Shown here: one piece after another, positions 45,131-55,940 of the stretch | Layout of the letters: every line of letters starts with the position of its first letter | Position numbering within the stretch: the stretch's first letter is position 1 | Origin: an uncultured Porphyromonadaceae bacterium | GTDB lineage: Bacteria; Bacteroidota; Bacteroidia; Bacteroidales; Muribaculaceae | Direction: 5' to 3' | Length of the DNA: 64,000 nt | Assembly: GCA_900555715.1 (NCBI GenBank) | Contig: USMC01000001.1 | Location: forward strand, 107,128-171,127 | The notes under the pieces: generated by a model | Told to the model about the DNA's origin: nothing | Seen by the model: the letters and a program-made list of their open reading frames with translations, nothing else | Database searches by the model: none | Translations under genes and position numbers: made by a program

Positions 45131-48100
45131 ATGTCTTTATCCATCCATCAAACCAGACTCCTGCTGTTTATGCTTCTGGCTTTTGCAGCGACAGGACTCC
45201 GGGCGCAGAATAAGCCGGTGACTCTCAAGGTCAGCGACGCCCCGATAAGTTCTGTTCTCTCCCAGATCGAGCAGCAGACAGGCTATCTCTTCGTATACAA
45301 CGAGGCAGATGTCGACATCAAGCGCAACGTGAGCTTCGACTATGTCAAGACGCCCACGAGTAAGATCCTTCAGGCTCTTTTCCCGAAAGAAACGAATACG
45401 GAATGGAAGCTCAAGGGACGCAACATCACAATTACCAAAAAAGCAACAGCACAGCCCAAGACAAAAGGCGGCAAGCGCCCTGTTTCGGGTACTGTTAAGG
45501 ATGGCAAAGACGGCGAACCGCTTATCGGCGCCGTCGTTCGTGTCCAGGGTGACGAGCGCAATGCCGTCATGGTCGATATTGATGGTAACTTCACCATCAA
45601 TGTCGAAGACAAAGACGGCAAGGCGCCCGTGCTCGAAATCTCTTATGTCGGCTACAACCAGCGTGAGGTGCCCATCGGCGACCTGAGCTATATCGACGTC
45701 AACATGACAGGCGCGCACAACACTCTCGACGAGGTCATTGTCGTCGGTTCGGGCACGCAGAAAAAGATTTCCGTGACTGGTTCTATCTCCACTGTCACCG
45801 GCAACGAACTCAAGATGCCCACCACGACGCTCTCGCGTGCGCTCGGCGGCCGCATAGCAGGTGTCATCACCCGCCAGACATCAGGCGAGCCCGGTACAGG
45901 CGCCGACTTCTATATCCGCGGTATCTCAACTTTCGGCGGTAAGGCTACACCGCTGATTCTTCTCGACGATGTCGAGATTTCGTCGTCCGACCTCGACTTT
46001 ATCCCTGCCGAGAATATCGAGAGCTTCACTGTCCTCAAGGATGCCTCCGCTACCGCCATTTATGGTGCGCGCGGTGCAAACGGCGTTATGATCATCACTA
46101 CCAAGGGCGGCGAGTTCAACACAAAAACGAAAATCAACGTCAACGTCGAGTCTGCTGTCAATTTCATCAGCAACTCTCCCGAATTTGTCGGTGCCGTCGA
46201 CTTCATGAACACATACAACTGGGTCAACGCTGCCCGTAACCCCGGCTCCGAGCCAATGTACAGCCAGGTGAAAATCGAGCGCACGGCGGCAGGCGTGAAT
46301 CAGTACCTCTACCCCGATGTAAACTGGAAAAACGAGCTTCTCCGCGATGTGGCATGGCGTCAGCGCGCCAATCTCAACGTGAGCGGCGGCGGCAACAAGG
46401 CAAAATACTATATGTCGCTCGACGTGCAGCATGAGAACGGTCTGCAGAAAGCCGACCAGTTCAAATCGTGGAATAACAACCAGCAGGTCTACAACTACAC
46501 CTTCCAGAACAACATATCCTACAAACTCACCCCGACGACCAATCTGTCGCTGAACATGAACGCGCAGATCCGTCAGAAATCTAACCCTGACTTCGGTTCT
46601 GAGACTACTTTCGCGTGGCTGCGCAACAACTGTAATCCTGTCGACTTCCCTGTCTACTACCCTGCAGGTCCAGATGGCGAACGCCGCTATGGTTCCAAGC
46701 GCGTGAGCTCCGGCTGGCTGCTCAACCCCAAGAGCGAAATCAGCCGCACACACTATCAGGAAAACACCAGCACCGTCAACTCCGTCGTGAAGCTCGACCA
46801 GCAGCTTGACTTCATTACCAAAGGTCTCAAGCTCAACGCATGGGTCAACTGGAAGACTTACGCCAAACGGTACATTCAGCAGAGCATCCAGCCCTATATG
46901 TGGTACTATGATGTTGTCGACGGCGTCGACCCCGACATAGAGTTCGAACCCACAATCCAGAATCCCGATGCTAATCAGTTTATTAATGAGGCCGGTCCTA
47001 CTCGCCAGAATGAGTCGACATTCGAGTTCCAGGCAAACCTCAACTGGGCACGCCGCTTCGGCGCCCACGATTTCACAGCCATGGTTATGTACCGTATGCG
47101 TGAATATCGCGGTGCAAAGGTGCTCCCCAACCGCAACCAGGGTCTTTCGGGCCGTATCACATATAACTACGATTACCGCTATCTCTTCGAATTCAACTTC
47201 GGCTACAACGGCACCGAACGTCTCGCAAAGGGACATCGCTTCGGTTTCTTCCCCGCAGCATCTATCGGCTGGGTTGTCAGCAACGAAGCTTTCTGGGAAC
47301 CTATCAAGAAGACAGTCTCGAACCTCAAGATCCGCGGTTCATACGGTCTGGTAGGTTCCGACGACCTCGTAGGTCCTAACGGAACATACTTCCTCTACCG
47401 CGACCTTATCTATCAGAACAATCTCAACTTCTGGTCGTGGGTAACAGGCGACGGCGACAACTCCTACACCGGCACCGGTCCTCTCATCCGTGCGTACGCA
47501 CTCCCCGACATCGAATGGGAAAAGAGCCGCAAGCTCGACATCGGACTTGACATCACTCTGTGGAACCGCATGAACATGACCTTCGAGTACTTCCGCGAGA
47601 ACCGCTACGACATCCTCATGGAGCGTGCATCATGGCCCTGGGCACTCGGCTACGGTATGGCTATACCCTGGGCAAACATCGGCAAAGCCCGCAACGAAGG
47701 CGTCGAGTTCAGTCTCAACTACAACCAGCCCATCAATAAAGATCTGTCGATTTCAGTACAGGCTAACCTCACCTACGCACAGAATAAATATATCTACAAG
47801 GACGAGCCCAACTATAAATATCCCTGGCAGCAGGTTACGGGCACTCCCCTTGAGAACTACAGCCGCTTAGGCTATATTGCCGAAGGACTCTTCAAGTCGG
47901 AAGAGGAAATCGCCAACAGCCCCGAGCAGCAGCTCGGCTCCGGCAAGGTGATGGTGGGCGATATCAAATACCGCGACCTTAACGGCGACGGCAAGATCAA
48001 CAGCGACGACAAGACCCTCATCTCCAAGTACGGTATCAATCCCCGTCTGATGTACGGTTTCGGCGCCACCATCAACTATAAGAAATGGGACTTCGGCTTT

Positions 48101-48499
48101 TTCTTCACCGGTTCGGCTCTGCGCAACGTCACTCTGCGCGACAAGCTTGACATCAAGATGAACAGCTACATGCAGAACCTCAATATCTACCAGTGGACCT
48201 ACGACCATGCGTTCAATCCTGCCAAAGGCAACTTCGATGCTGAATATCCTCTGCCGGGCATTACCGACGCCGATATCTCCAACAACAACCAGCCGTCGAC
48301 CTACTGGCTCCGCGATGCTTCCTACCTGCGCCTGCGTAGCGTAGAACTCGGATGGTCGTTCAAGTACGGCCGCATCTATGCAAGCGGTCTGAACCTCCTT
48401 TGCTTCAGCGGTTTCAAAATCTGGGACCCCGAGCTTGCAAACCCCTCCAAGTATCCGCTGCAGAAGACCGTCAACCTCGGCGTACAGTTCAATCTCTAA
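45131..48499 (+). CDS. SusC/RagA-family TonB-linked outer membrane protein with N-terminal STN signalling domain
   Basis: The STN domain reads LKVSDAPISSVLSQIEQQTGYLFVYN. CarbopepD_reg reads SGTVKDGKDGEPLIGAVVRVQG. Plug motifs and a barrel ending ...LGVQFNL are present. Confidence 0.9.
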   Translation: MSLSIHQTRLLLFMLLAFAATGLRAQNKPVTLKVSDAPISSVLSQIEQQTGYLFVYNEADVDIKRNVSFDYVKTPTSKILQALFPKETNTEWKLKGRNITITKKATAQPKTKGGKRPVSGTVKDGKDGEPLIGAVVRVQGDERNAVMVDIDGNFTINVEDKDGKAPVLEISYVGYNQREVPIGDLSYIDVNMTGAHNTLDEVIVVGSGTQKKISVTGSISTVTGNELKMPTTTLSRALGGRIAGVITRQTSGEPGTGADFYIRGISTFGGKATPLILLDDVEISSSDLDFIPAENIESFTVLKDASATAIYGARGANGVMIITTKGGEFNTKTKINVNVESAVNFISNSPEFVGAVDFMNTYNWVNAARNPGSEPMYSQVKIERTAAGVNQYLYPDVNWKNELLRDVAWRQRANLNVSGGGNKAKYYMSLDVQHENGLQKADQFKSWNNNQQVYNYTFQNNISYKLTPTTNLSLNMNAQIRQKSNPDFGSETTFAWLRNNCNPVDFPVYYPAGPDGERRYGSKRVSSGWLLNPKSEISRTHYQENTSTVNSVVKLDQQLDFITKGLKLNAWVNWKTYAKRYIQQSIQPYMWYYDVVDGVDPDIEFEPTIQNPDANQFINEAGPTRQNESTFEFQANLNWARRFGAHDFTAMVMYRMREYRGAKVLPNRNQGLSGRITYNYDYRYLFEFNFGYNGTERLAKGHRFGFFPAASIGWVVSNEAFWEPIKKTVSNLKIRGSYGLVGSDDLVGPNGTYFLYRDLIYQNNLNFWSWVTGDGDNSYTGTGPLIRAYALPDIEWEKSRKLDIGLDITLWNRMNMTFEYFRENRYDILMERASWPWALGYGMAIPWANIGKARNEGVEFSLNYNQPINKDLSISVQANLTYAQNKYIYKDEPNYKYPWQQVTGTPLENYSRLGYIAEGLFKSEEEIANSPEQQLGSGKVMVGDIKYRDLNGDGKINSDDKTLISKYGINPRLMYGFGATINYKKWDFGFFFTGSALRNVTLRDKLDIKMNSYMQNLNIYQWTYDHAFNPAKGNFDAEYPLPGITDADISNNNQPSTYWLRDASYLRLRSVELGWSFKYGRIYASGLNLLCFSGFKIWDPELANPSKYPLQKTVNLGVQFNL

Positions 48500-48530
48500 T
48501 CTCTCCAAACACCTGTAATAAGCACATTAT

Positions 48531-50540
48531 ATGAAAATCAAGAATATAATCATAACAGCCGCCGTTGCCGCATCAATGGGCATGGGCACCGCGTCGTGCG
48601 ACTATCTCGACGTTGTGCCTGTGGAGACTCCTTCGGTCGACAACACCATGGACAACTACACGCAGGCTCTTGGCTCACTCTACGTCTGCTATCGCGGCAT
48701 CACTCAGCCTATGGCCTCCGACTGGCGTCAGGGCTTCAACACTACCTACGGTCAGCCTCTGCCCGGCAATATCCTCAACGACTTCACCACGAGCACCGAC
48801 GAATGGATGCTCGACGACGTACAGATGAACCAGGCACCCCTTGCCCGCGCCCTCTACGCCAACTCAATATCGAGCTCGAACAATCTCAACGATTATAAGA
48901 TCTACTCGATACGCCTCGCCAATGTCTTCCTTTTCCTTGAAAAGCTCGACCAGCTGGGCATTCCCCGCGGTATTGTTTCAATCGAGGAAGCAAATCAATG
49001 GAAGGCAGAGTGCAAGTTCATGATCGCCTACTATCATTATTGTCTCCTGCGCCGTTTCGGTCCTATAGCCATAGTTCCCGAGCGTCTGCCGATGAACACT
49101 GCCATCAGCCAGTTCCCCGGCCGTATGCACTACGACTACTGCGTCGACGAAATCTGCAAGTGGCTCGACGAGGCTGCCGAAGTTCTGCCCGCACGCCGCA
49201 GCGGTTCCGAGACGGGTCGCGCCACATCGACAATATGCAAGGCTCTCAAAGCCCGCATCCTCCTCTATGCAGCTTCGCCACTCTTTAACGGTAAGTTCCC
49301 CTTCCCGGCATGGAAGAACAAGGTGGAGACTCCCGGATACGGTTATGAGCTCGTCAGCAAGGAATACGACCGCGAGAAGTGGGTGCGTGCAGCTAAGGCC
49401 AGCGAGGAAGCCCTCGCCCTTGCTATCGGCGACGGTCAGCGCTCGCTCTATGAAGGCGGCAGCGCCGAGCAGGGTGCAATGGTACGTGCCAGTGACTTCC
49501 CCGTGGACAACATCGACGAAAACTTCATCCGTAAAGTACTTGTGATGCGCAACGTCATATGCGCAAAGGAAAGCGAAGGCAACCACGAGCACATCTGGAC
49601 ATGTGTCGACCTTACTGCCGGTACCGCTTCCATGTACCGCTACCGCATTCCGCACAATGTCGTTCCTAAGTCGTCGTCGCTTCCCGAAGGCTATATCTAC
49701 GGCTACAACAACATCGGTGTGACACTTCCGTTCTCCAACAAGTTCTTAACCGTGAACGGTCTCCAGCCTACCAATGACCCCGATTTCACCAAAGAAGCCG
49801 ACTGGTTCAAGTCGGCAGGATATTCCGACCAGGGCACACACCTCCGCTCGCATATCATCCGCCTCTTCGCCAATCGCGAGCCGCGCTTCTACGCATGGCT
49901 CATGTTCGACGGCGGCACAGCCGGTACACTTCTTTATAACGGTGAGCGCCCCGCATACATCAACTACCTTTCACGTACCGACCAGGGCTATACTTCCGCT
50001 ACTCCGCGCGACTATTGCCCCACCGGCATCGGCAACCAGAAATGGGTAGACCCCAAGGCGAATGTGACACTTCTTGGCAAAGAGAACTTCTTCTATGCTC
50101 CGCGTCCGATGATACGCCTTGCCGAGCTTTACCTCAACCTTGCAGAATGCTATGCCGAGCTCGGAGAGACTACCAAGGCTCTCGACAACATCAACATCAT
50201 CCGTCGTCGTGCCGGCGCCACCGAGCTCACTGCCGACATGGTGACACGCAGCGGACAGTCGCTCGTGGAATGGGCACGTAACGAACGCTCCGTCGAGCTG
50301 TTCGACGAGATGCACCGCTACTTCGACATCCGCCGCTGGTGCCAGGGCGAAGTCATTGCAAACGGCAAACGCATAGGTCTGAACGCTCACGTCGAGAACC
50401 CCACGTTCGCCGAGTTCAATAAAGTCACACCGGTCAACAGCTCGCATGTCTACCAGTGGTCCGACCGCATGTACCTCTATCCTATCGACGCTGAAGAGCT
50501 GTACTCCAATCCGCAGTTCGTACAGTCGCCCGGTTATTAA
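48531..50540 (+). CDS. SusD/RagB-family nutrient-binding lipoprotein
   Basis: Lipobox GTASCDYLD, 669 aa. It follows the SusC and has a SusD-like helical architecture. Confidence 0.85.
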   Translation: MKIKNIIITAAVAASMGMGTASCDYLDVVPVETPSVDNTMDNYTQALGSLYVCYRGITQPMASDWRQGFNTTYGQPLPGNILNDFTTSTDEWMLDDVQMNQAPLARALYANSISSSNNLNDYKIYSIRLANVFLFLEKLDQLGIPRGIVSIEEANQWKAECKFMIAYYHYCLLRRFGPIAIVPERLPMNTAISQFPGRMHYDYCVDEICKWLDEAAEVLPARRSGSETGRATSTICKALKARILLYAASPLFNGKFPFPAWKNKVETPGYGYELVSKEYDREKWVRAAKASEEALALAIGDGQRSLYEGGSAEQGAMVRASDFPVDNIDENFIRKVLVMRNVICAKESEGNHEHIWTCVDLTAGTASMYRYRIPHNVVPKSSSLPEGYIYGYNNIGVTLPFSNKFLTVNGLQPTNDPDFTKEADWFKSAGYSDQGTHLRSHIIRLFANREPRFYAWLMFDGGTAGTLLYNGERPAYINYLSRTDQGYTSATPRDYCPTGIGNQKWVDPKANVTLLGKENFFYAPRPMIRLAELYLNLAECYAELGETTKALDNINIIRRRAGATELTADMVTRSGQSLVEWARNERSVELFDEMHRYFDIRRWCQGEVIANGKRIGLNAHVENPTFAEFNKVTPVNSSHVYQWSDRMYLYPIDAEELYSNPQFVQSPGY

Positions 50541-50559
50541 TTCTCAAAGCTAATCAACT

Positions 50560-52005
50560 ATGAACAAAATATTGACAATGCTCGCAGTTGCGACAGGCGC
50601 TATGGCGCTTGTTGCCTGCGACGAATATGACGACCGCTATACGCCCGAATATGCGTCGGTGGTCCGTCTCGACCAGTCGGGCGAAGAAGCTGTCACCGTA
50701 TGGTCCACCGCTCCCGAGACCAGCATTGATGTGAAGATTCTCCGCAGCGGTCACAACATTGCGCAGAGCACCAATGCCGTTCTCCGCAGAATGACAGGCG
50801 AAGAGTGGGAGGAATATGCAGCTACCTACGGTATGCGCAGCTACAACGTAATGCCCGACGCATGTGTGAGCTACAACGGCGAAGCCGGCAGCAAGCAGGC
50901 TGTCGTGCCCTTCGCTGCCGGACAGATATCGGGCGATCTCACCGTTGAGCTCATCGCCGCCGAAGTCAAGGCTTTTCAGGAAAAGATAGAGACAACGGAG
51001 ACGGCATCCGATGTGATGGTGCTTCCTCTTGTGCTCACTACCGACAACGGCTCTGTGCTAGAGGAGAACCGTTCCCTCATCCTTAATGTAACATATAAAA
51101 GCCCAGTGCTCAGCATGAGTCATGCCGGCTTCGAAAAAGCATATTGCTCGGCAAGCTCCGACCCATACGTGCGCGAGATCGCCATCAGCCTCGAACCCGA
51201 AGACAATCCCGGCGGCTTCACCGTCAGACTCTCCAACAGTAAGAGCCTTCTTGACAGCTACAACGCTGCCAACGGCACTACTTACGAGCTTGTCAAGCCC
51301 GGCGCTCTCGAATACAGCCTCGACGGCGAGAATTGGAGCGACTGGGCAGACATGACGCTCGACTTCCCTGCCGGTGTCACTTCGAAATCGCTGAGTGTAC
51401 GCATGAATCCTTCGAAGCTTCTGCCGATGGACGCTATGGCTCTTGAGCTTACCGACCTTACTATCAACGCAGAAGTGCCCGCCGATAAATCGGCAAGCAT
51501 CTTCGCTGTGGCAGTGAAACCGGCAAATGTGAAAATCGCCACCGCCAACGTCAGCGCCAACAACGATGACGGCACACACAAAATCAAGAACCTCTTCGAC
51601 GGTCGCGTGACATCGTTCTACCGTTCTGCCAACACCCCGCACGACGGCGATCCCGTCTATGGCTCGTATGTCGACATCAAGCTTCCGTCGGCAATGACAT
51701 ATTTTGCCTTCGACCTCACCAGCGCCGCTTCGAGCTACTCCGCAGCCGGCAATCCCAACGAAGTGCATCTCTATGGTTCGACCGACGGTGTGAACTGGGA
51801 GAAATTCGCAGAAATCACAGACATGCAGCAGGAATTCACCGGTGCCGGCAAGACGGCTTCCTTCGGCAATTTCTGCTCATCGAAGGCTGTCAGCTACATA
51901 CGCTGGGCTGTTATCAAAGCAGGCTCCACGGGCGACGCTGACCTCCGAGAAGCAAACACATCGGCTTTCTGGGCTGCCACACACCTGAAGGTCTACGGAA
52001 AATAA
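50560..52005 (+). CDS. PUL surface lipoprotein (DUF1735-like N-terminus with C-terminal F5/8 type C discoidin-like domain)
   Basis: Lipobox ALVACDEYD. The C-terminal region (IKNLFDGRVTSFYRS...YFAFDLTS...EVHLYGSTDGVNWE) is discoidin-like. Confidence 0.55.
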   Translation: MNKILTMLAVATGAMALVACDEYDDRYTPEYASVVRLDQSGEEAVTVWSTAPETSIDVKILRSGHNIAQSTNAVLRRMTGEEWEEYAATYGMRSYNVMPDACVSYNGEAGSKQAVVPFAAGQISGDLTVELIAAEVKAFQEKIETTETASDVMVLPLVLTTDNGSVLEENRSLILNVTYKSPVLSMSHAGFEKAYCSASSDPYVREIAISLEPEDNPGGFTVRLSNSKSLLDSYNAANGTTYELVKPGALEYSLDGENWSDWADMTLDFPAGVTSKSLSVRMNPSKLLPMDAMALELTDLTINAEVPADKSASIFAVAVKPANVKIATANVSANNDDGTHKIKNLFDGRVTSFYRSANTPHDGDPVYGSYVDIKLPSAMTYFAFDLTSAASSYSAAGNPNEVHLYGSTDGVNWEKFAEITDMQQEFTGAGKTASFGNFCSSKAVSYIRWAVIKAGSTGDADLREANTSAFWAATHLKVYGK

Positions 52006-52125
52006 TCTGGTTGGTTCCGGAATGAATTCATCTCCGCAAAAGGAGATGGATTCTTCCGGAGTTACAGCTTTGAACAGAATAATATCAGTCAACAAAATAC
52101 AGTTTACTTTAATTTCTAATTTCTT

Positions 52126-53715
52126 ATGAAAAAATCACTACTTACAATGTGCGCTGCAGCGCTTGCATTCTGCGCTCAGGCCGAAGTGACAACCTTCATC
52201 ACCAACGGCGCCCCCCGCGTCTACTGCCCATACCTTGAGCAGGGTGAAGTTATCGAAATCCCCACAGGTTTCACCCCCATCACCGCATCCGACGTCCACA
52301 ACCGTGCCGCTAACAACCAGCGCAAGGCAATGACCGGAACTCTGGTGCAGCTGAACGAGCAGTATCTCTACAATGCTGACAACTGGAATTCATCGTGCAA
52401 CTACAGCCTCGGCGGTTCTTTCCGTCTGTACAAAAACCGCGGCTACCAGGTTATTCCCGCCAAGGGCGTTACTGTAAAGAAAATCGAAATCCGCGCACAG
52501 GACAACCGATACAACAAACAGTTCTCTATCGTAGAGCCCGTTGAAGGCAGCAGCAACGCTACAGGCTGGCTTCAGGATGCATACACGAAAGTTGAAGATT
52601 TCAAAGTTGACAGTGATGTTCTCCAGAGCTGGGAAGGCAGCCGCACTGAGCCCTTCGTATTCTTCCAGACTGTCGATAATGGCGGTCGTTTCTTCTATAT
52701 CACCGTCACTACCGAAGGTACACCCGAGCAGTGCGCCCTGCCCGTAGTTTCTGAAGATAAGGACATCCTCGCAAAGGGCAAGACTATTGAACTGAGCTGC
52801 CCCACCGAAGGCGCTCAGATTTACTATACTGTCGACTACGAGGGCGTATATCCCAGCCTTAACCATCCCGAGGCTCTTCTCTTCCCCGAAAACCTCGCCG
52901 ACGCTACTCTCTACACCGGTCCCATCACTCTTGAGAAAGACGCCATTGTTCGTGCTATCGCTGTCAAGGACGGTCTTGCAAACAGCTTCCCCATCTATAA
53001 GGAATATTATCTCATCAACGAATTCGACGGCGTAGCCCTCTTCGACTTTAACGACTACACCAGCCTCAAGGATGAGAACGGCGAAGTTGTGCCTGTCTAC
53101 AATACCTATCCTATCGTCGACACGGAAATCTCCACGGGTACCACTCAGAACTGCCGCATCAAGCTCGAAGACGAAACTGACGAACCCGGTAAAGACGGTT
53201 TCCGTCCCCGCCCGCTCTACAATAACGGCGTTTTCTTCTACAATGATCCCAATGCCAGCGCAAACTGCAACGTATGCCTTTCCAACTCGTTCGGCGGCGT
53301 TACAGAGCTCCGTCCGCTTGCAGGTTCAACAATGGTATTCGATGCTCCCGTCGACTGCCACATCGTTGCCGTATATCTCCAGAGCTGTGTCAACACAGCT
53401 GCCAAGGGCGACGCATTCGCACTCAACTCCGAAACTGAGGGCGTACTCGAAACAAGCCAGTGGTTCAAGGCCCGTCAGATATGGCGCACCGATTCCAAGG
53501 AGGTTACTCAGGTTAAGATCAACGGTGCCAAGGACTGCTACGTAGACAAAGTTCATGTAGTCTTTGTCAGCGACAATGCAGGCGTAGCCGGAGTGGCTGT
53601 CGACAACAATGCTCCCGTGGAATACTACAACCTTCAGGGCATACGCGTTGCCAATCCCACCAACGGCATTTTCATCAAGCGCCAGGGCAGCAAGGCTACA
53701 AAGGTCATTCTCTAA
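52126..53715 (+). CDS. secreted protein with chitobiase/hexosaminidase-C-like Ig domain and T9SS type A C-terminal sorting domain
   Basis: Signal peptide. EGAQIYYTVDYEG is a CHB_HEX_C-like motif. The C-terminal YYNLQGIRVANPTNGIFIKRQGSKATKVIL matches the T9SS CTD. Confidence 0.6.
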   Translation: MKKSLLTMCAAALAFCAQAEVTTFITNGAPRVYCPYLEQGEVIEIPTGFTPITASDVHNRAANNQRKAMTGTLVQLNEQYLYNADNWNSSCNYSLGGSFRLYKNRGYQVIPAKGVTVKKIEIRAQDNRYNKQFSIVEPVEGSSNATGWLQDAYTKVEDFKVDSDVLQSWEGSRTEPFVFFQTVDNGGRFFYITVTTEGTPEQCALPVVSEDKDILAKGKTIELSCPTEGAQIYYTVDYEGVYPSLNHPEALLFPENLADATLYTGPITLEKDAIVRAIAVKDGLANSFPIYKEYYLINEFDGVALFDFNDYTSLKDENGEVVPVYNTYPIVDTEISTGTTQNCRIKLEDETDEPGKDGFRPRPLYNNGVFFYNDPNASANCNVCLSNSFGGVTELRPLAGSTMVFDAPVDCHIVAVYLQSCVNTAAKGDAFALNSETEGVLETSQWFKARQIWRTDSKEVTQVKINGAKDCYVDKVHVVFVSDNAGVAGVAVDNNAPVEYYNLQGIRVANPTNGIFIKRQGSKATKVIL

Positions 53716-53756
53716 GGATTGTTGGTTTTAGGTTAACTGATATTATTTAGGTTATG

Positions 53757-53788
53757 GCGGAGCCGTCTGCTCGGCTCCGCCATTTTTA
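53757..53788 (+). terminator. rho-independent terminator
   Basis: Stem ggcggagccg/cggctccgcc with loop tctgct, followed by attttt. Confidence 0.65.
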
Positions 53789-53798
53789 AGTCTTTTCT

Positions 53799-54776
53799 AT
53801 GAAACGTACACTCTTTTTTGCTTTCATCGCGTTTGCTTTCGCATCGCTGTCGTTTGCCGGAAAGCCCGGCAAGGACAATCTGCGCGTGCTCTACTGGAAT
53901 ATCCAGAACGGCATGTGGTGCGGTCAGCCGACAGACTATAAGGAGTTTGTCGACTTTGTCAAGGAGAAGAATCCCGACGTATGCGTATGGTGCGAAGCAG
54001 CCACCATCTATCACGACGGTACTTACACGAAGCGCCCTAAGGAGGAATGCTATCTGCCGGCTCACTGGGACGAGCTCGCCGGACGCTACGGACACAAATA
54101 TGTGTTCTTAGGCGGTTTCCGCGACAACTATCCTCAGGTGATAACTTCGAAATACCCCATCGAGGGGCTCGCTCAGATTGTCGGCAATAACGACACTATC
54201 GTCAGCCACGGAGCCGGCTGGGCGCGCATTGTCAAGAACGGTCATCCTGTCAACATCGTATCTCTCCACACCTGGCCGCAGCGCTATAGCTTCGACGTGC
54301 GCCAGCAGCCCGACAGCGTCCGCAAAGCCGACAGCGATGCAAACGGAGGCTTCAAGTACCGTCGTAAGGAAATGGAGTATATCTGCCGTCACACCATCCT
54401 CAGCCAGCCCGGCTCGGAAAATGAGATGTGGATGATGATGGGCGATTTCAACTCGCTCTCGCGCTTAGACAACCGCTGGCGCAAGATGCCTGCCGACACT
54501 CCCGCCTACTGGGTGAACGACTATGTGCTTGAAAACACTCCCTACTTAGACGCTGTGTGGCTCAGACACCCCGGCGAAGATATCCGCACATGTCCAGGCG
54601 GTCCGGGAGCACGCATAGATTATATCTATCTCACCCGCCCGCTCTACGACCGTCTCAAGGACATCGAAGTAGTCAGAGACGGCTATACAAAGCAGGTTCA
54701 GGACAAGAAATTCAAGCATTTCTGGCATCCCTCCGATCATTTGCCCATCCTTATGGACCTGGATATGAAGAAATAA
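53799..54776 (+). CDS. endonuclease/exonuclease/phosphatase (EEP) family protein, secreted
   Basis: Signal peptide. LYWNIQNG, GDFNS and SDHLPI are catalytic motifs of the EEP fold. Confidence 0.75.
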   Translation: MKRTLFFAFIAFAFASLSFAGKPGKDNLRVLYWNIQNGMWCGQPTDYKEFVDFVKEKNPDVCVWCEAATIYHDGTYTKRPKEECYLPAHWDELAGRYGHKYVFLGGFRDNYPQVITSKYPIEGLAQIVGNNDTIVSHGAGWARIVKNGHPVNIVSLHTWPQRYSFDVRQQPDSVRKADSDANGGFKYRRKEMEYICRHTILSQPGSENEMWMMMGDFNSLSRLDNRWRKMPADTPAYWVNDYVLENTPYLDAVWLRHPGEDIRTCPGGPGARIDYIYLTRPLYDRLKDIEVVRDGYTKQVQDKKFKHFWHPSDHLPILMDLDMKK

Positions 54777-54818
54777 CTGTATCTTTTTGTATCTTTGCAG
54801 AAATAAATAACTAACACC

Positions 54819-55940
54819 ATGTCAGACAACAGTACATCCCGGCGCCTGCGCTCACTCGACACCCTCAGAGGCTTCGACATGCTTTTCATCATGGGCGGCG
54901 CTCTGTTTTTCATAAAACTCGCGGAGTGGTTTCCCACTCCTTTTCTGCAGATGCTCGCCGAACAGAATGAGCACGTGGGCTGGAACGGTCTGAGCGCTCA
55001 CGACTGTATCTTCCCCCTTTTCCTATTCATCGCCGGCATCTCATTTCCCTTTTCGCTTTCCAAACAGCGCGCCGTCGGGCGCACCGAAGGGCAAATCCAC
55101 CGCAAGGTGATTTCCCGGGGGCTCATCCTTCTTTTTTTAGGTTTCCTATATAATGGTTTACTCCAGTTCAATATCGCAGAGATGCGCTGGATGAGCGTGC
55201 TGGGGCGTATTGGTCTGGCATGGATGTTTTCTGCTCTTATTTTCCTTCATACACGCAATGCGGCGCGTGTGGTGTGGATAGCTGTGCTTCTTATGGGCTA
55301 CTATCTGGCTATGCGCTACGTGCCTGTCGACCGTCCTGCCGATGCCACATGGATGACGCCTGCATGGACTCTCGAAGCCCGCGTCGACCAGCTCCTGCTT
55401 CCGGGGGTGCTCATCAGCGGCAAGGGAACTTTCGATCCGGAAGGCATTCTTTCCACCATCCCCGCCATTGCCACAGCCATGATGGGAATGCTCACGGGCG
55501 TCTATGTGCGCCGTGGTGGCGCTCTCGCCGACGGCAACCGCAAGACGCTCGTCATGCTTGCCGTAGCGGCGGGGCTCGCCGTTGCCGGACTTATATGGAA
55601 CGAATTTTTCCCGATCAACAAAAAACTCTGGAGCAGCTCGTTCGTATGCGTCCTCGGCGCGATATCGCTTTCCCTGTTCGCTCTGTTCTACTACATCGTA
55701 GACGTCCGCGGATGGAAGGGCTGGACGACATTCTTCGTTGTCATAGGCATGAATTCCATCACAATCTATCTCCTGCAGAAGTTCGTGTCTATGTGGAACA
55801 CAACGAATGCCATATTCGGCGGTGTCATAGGTCTTTTCCCCGAGTGCGCGCACGGCACGGTAGAGAGCGCCGCTTACATCGCGACGTGCTGGCTGCTGCT
55901 CTATTTCCTGTATAAGAAAAAGATATTCCTAAAAGTATGA
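54819..55940 (+). CDS. DUF5009/HGSNAT-like (NagX-like) transmembrane acyltransferase-family protein
   Basis: RLRSLDTLRGFDMLFIMGG is the N-terminal signature of the DUF1624/DUF5009 acyltransferase-3-like family. Roughly 9-10 TM helices by eye. Confidence 0.5.
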   Translation: MSDNSTSRRLRSLDTLRGFDMLFIMGGALFFIKLAEWFPTPFLQMLAEQNEHVGWNGLSAHDCIFPLFLFIAGISFPFSLSKQRAVGRTEGQIHRKVISRGLILLFLGFLYNGLLQFNIAEMRWMSVLGRIGLAWMFSALIFLHTRNAARVVWIAVLLMGYYLAMRYVPVDRPADATWMTPAWTLEARVDQLLLPGVLISGKGTFDPEGILSTIPAIATAMMGMLTGVYVRRGGALADGNRKTLVMLAVAAGLAVAGLIWNEFFPINKKLWSSSFVCVLGAISLSLFALFYYIVDVRGWKGWTTFFVVIGMNSITIYLLQKFVSMWNTTNAIFGGVIGLFPECAHGTVESAAYIATCWLLLYFLYKKKIFLKV

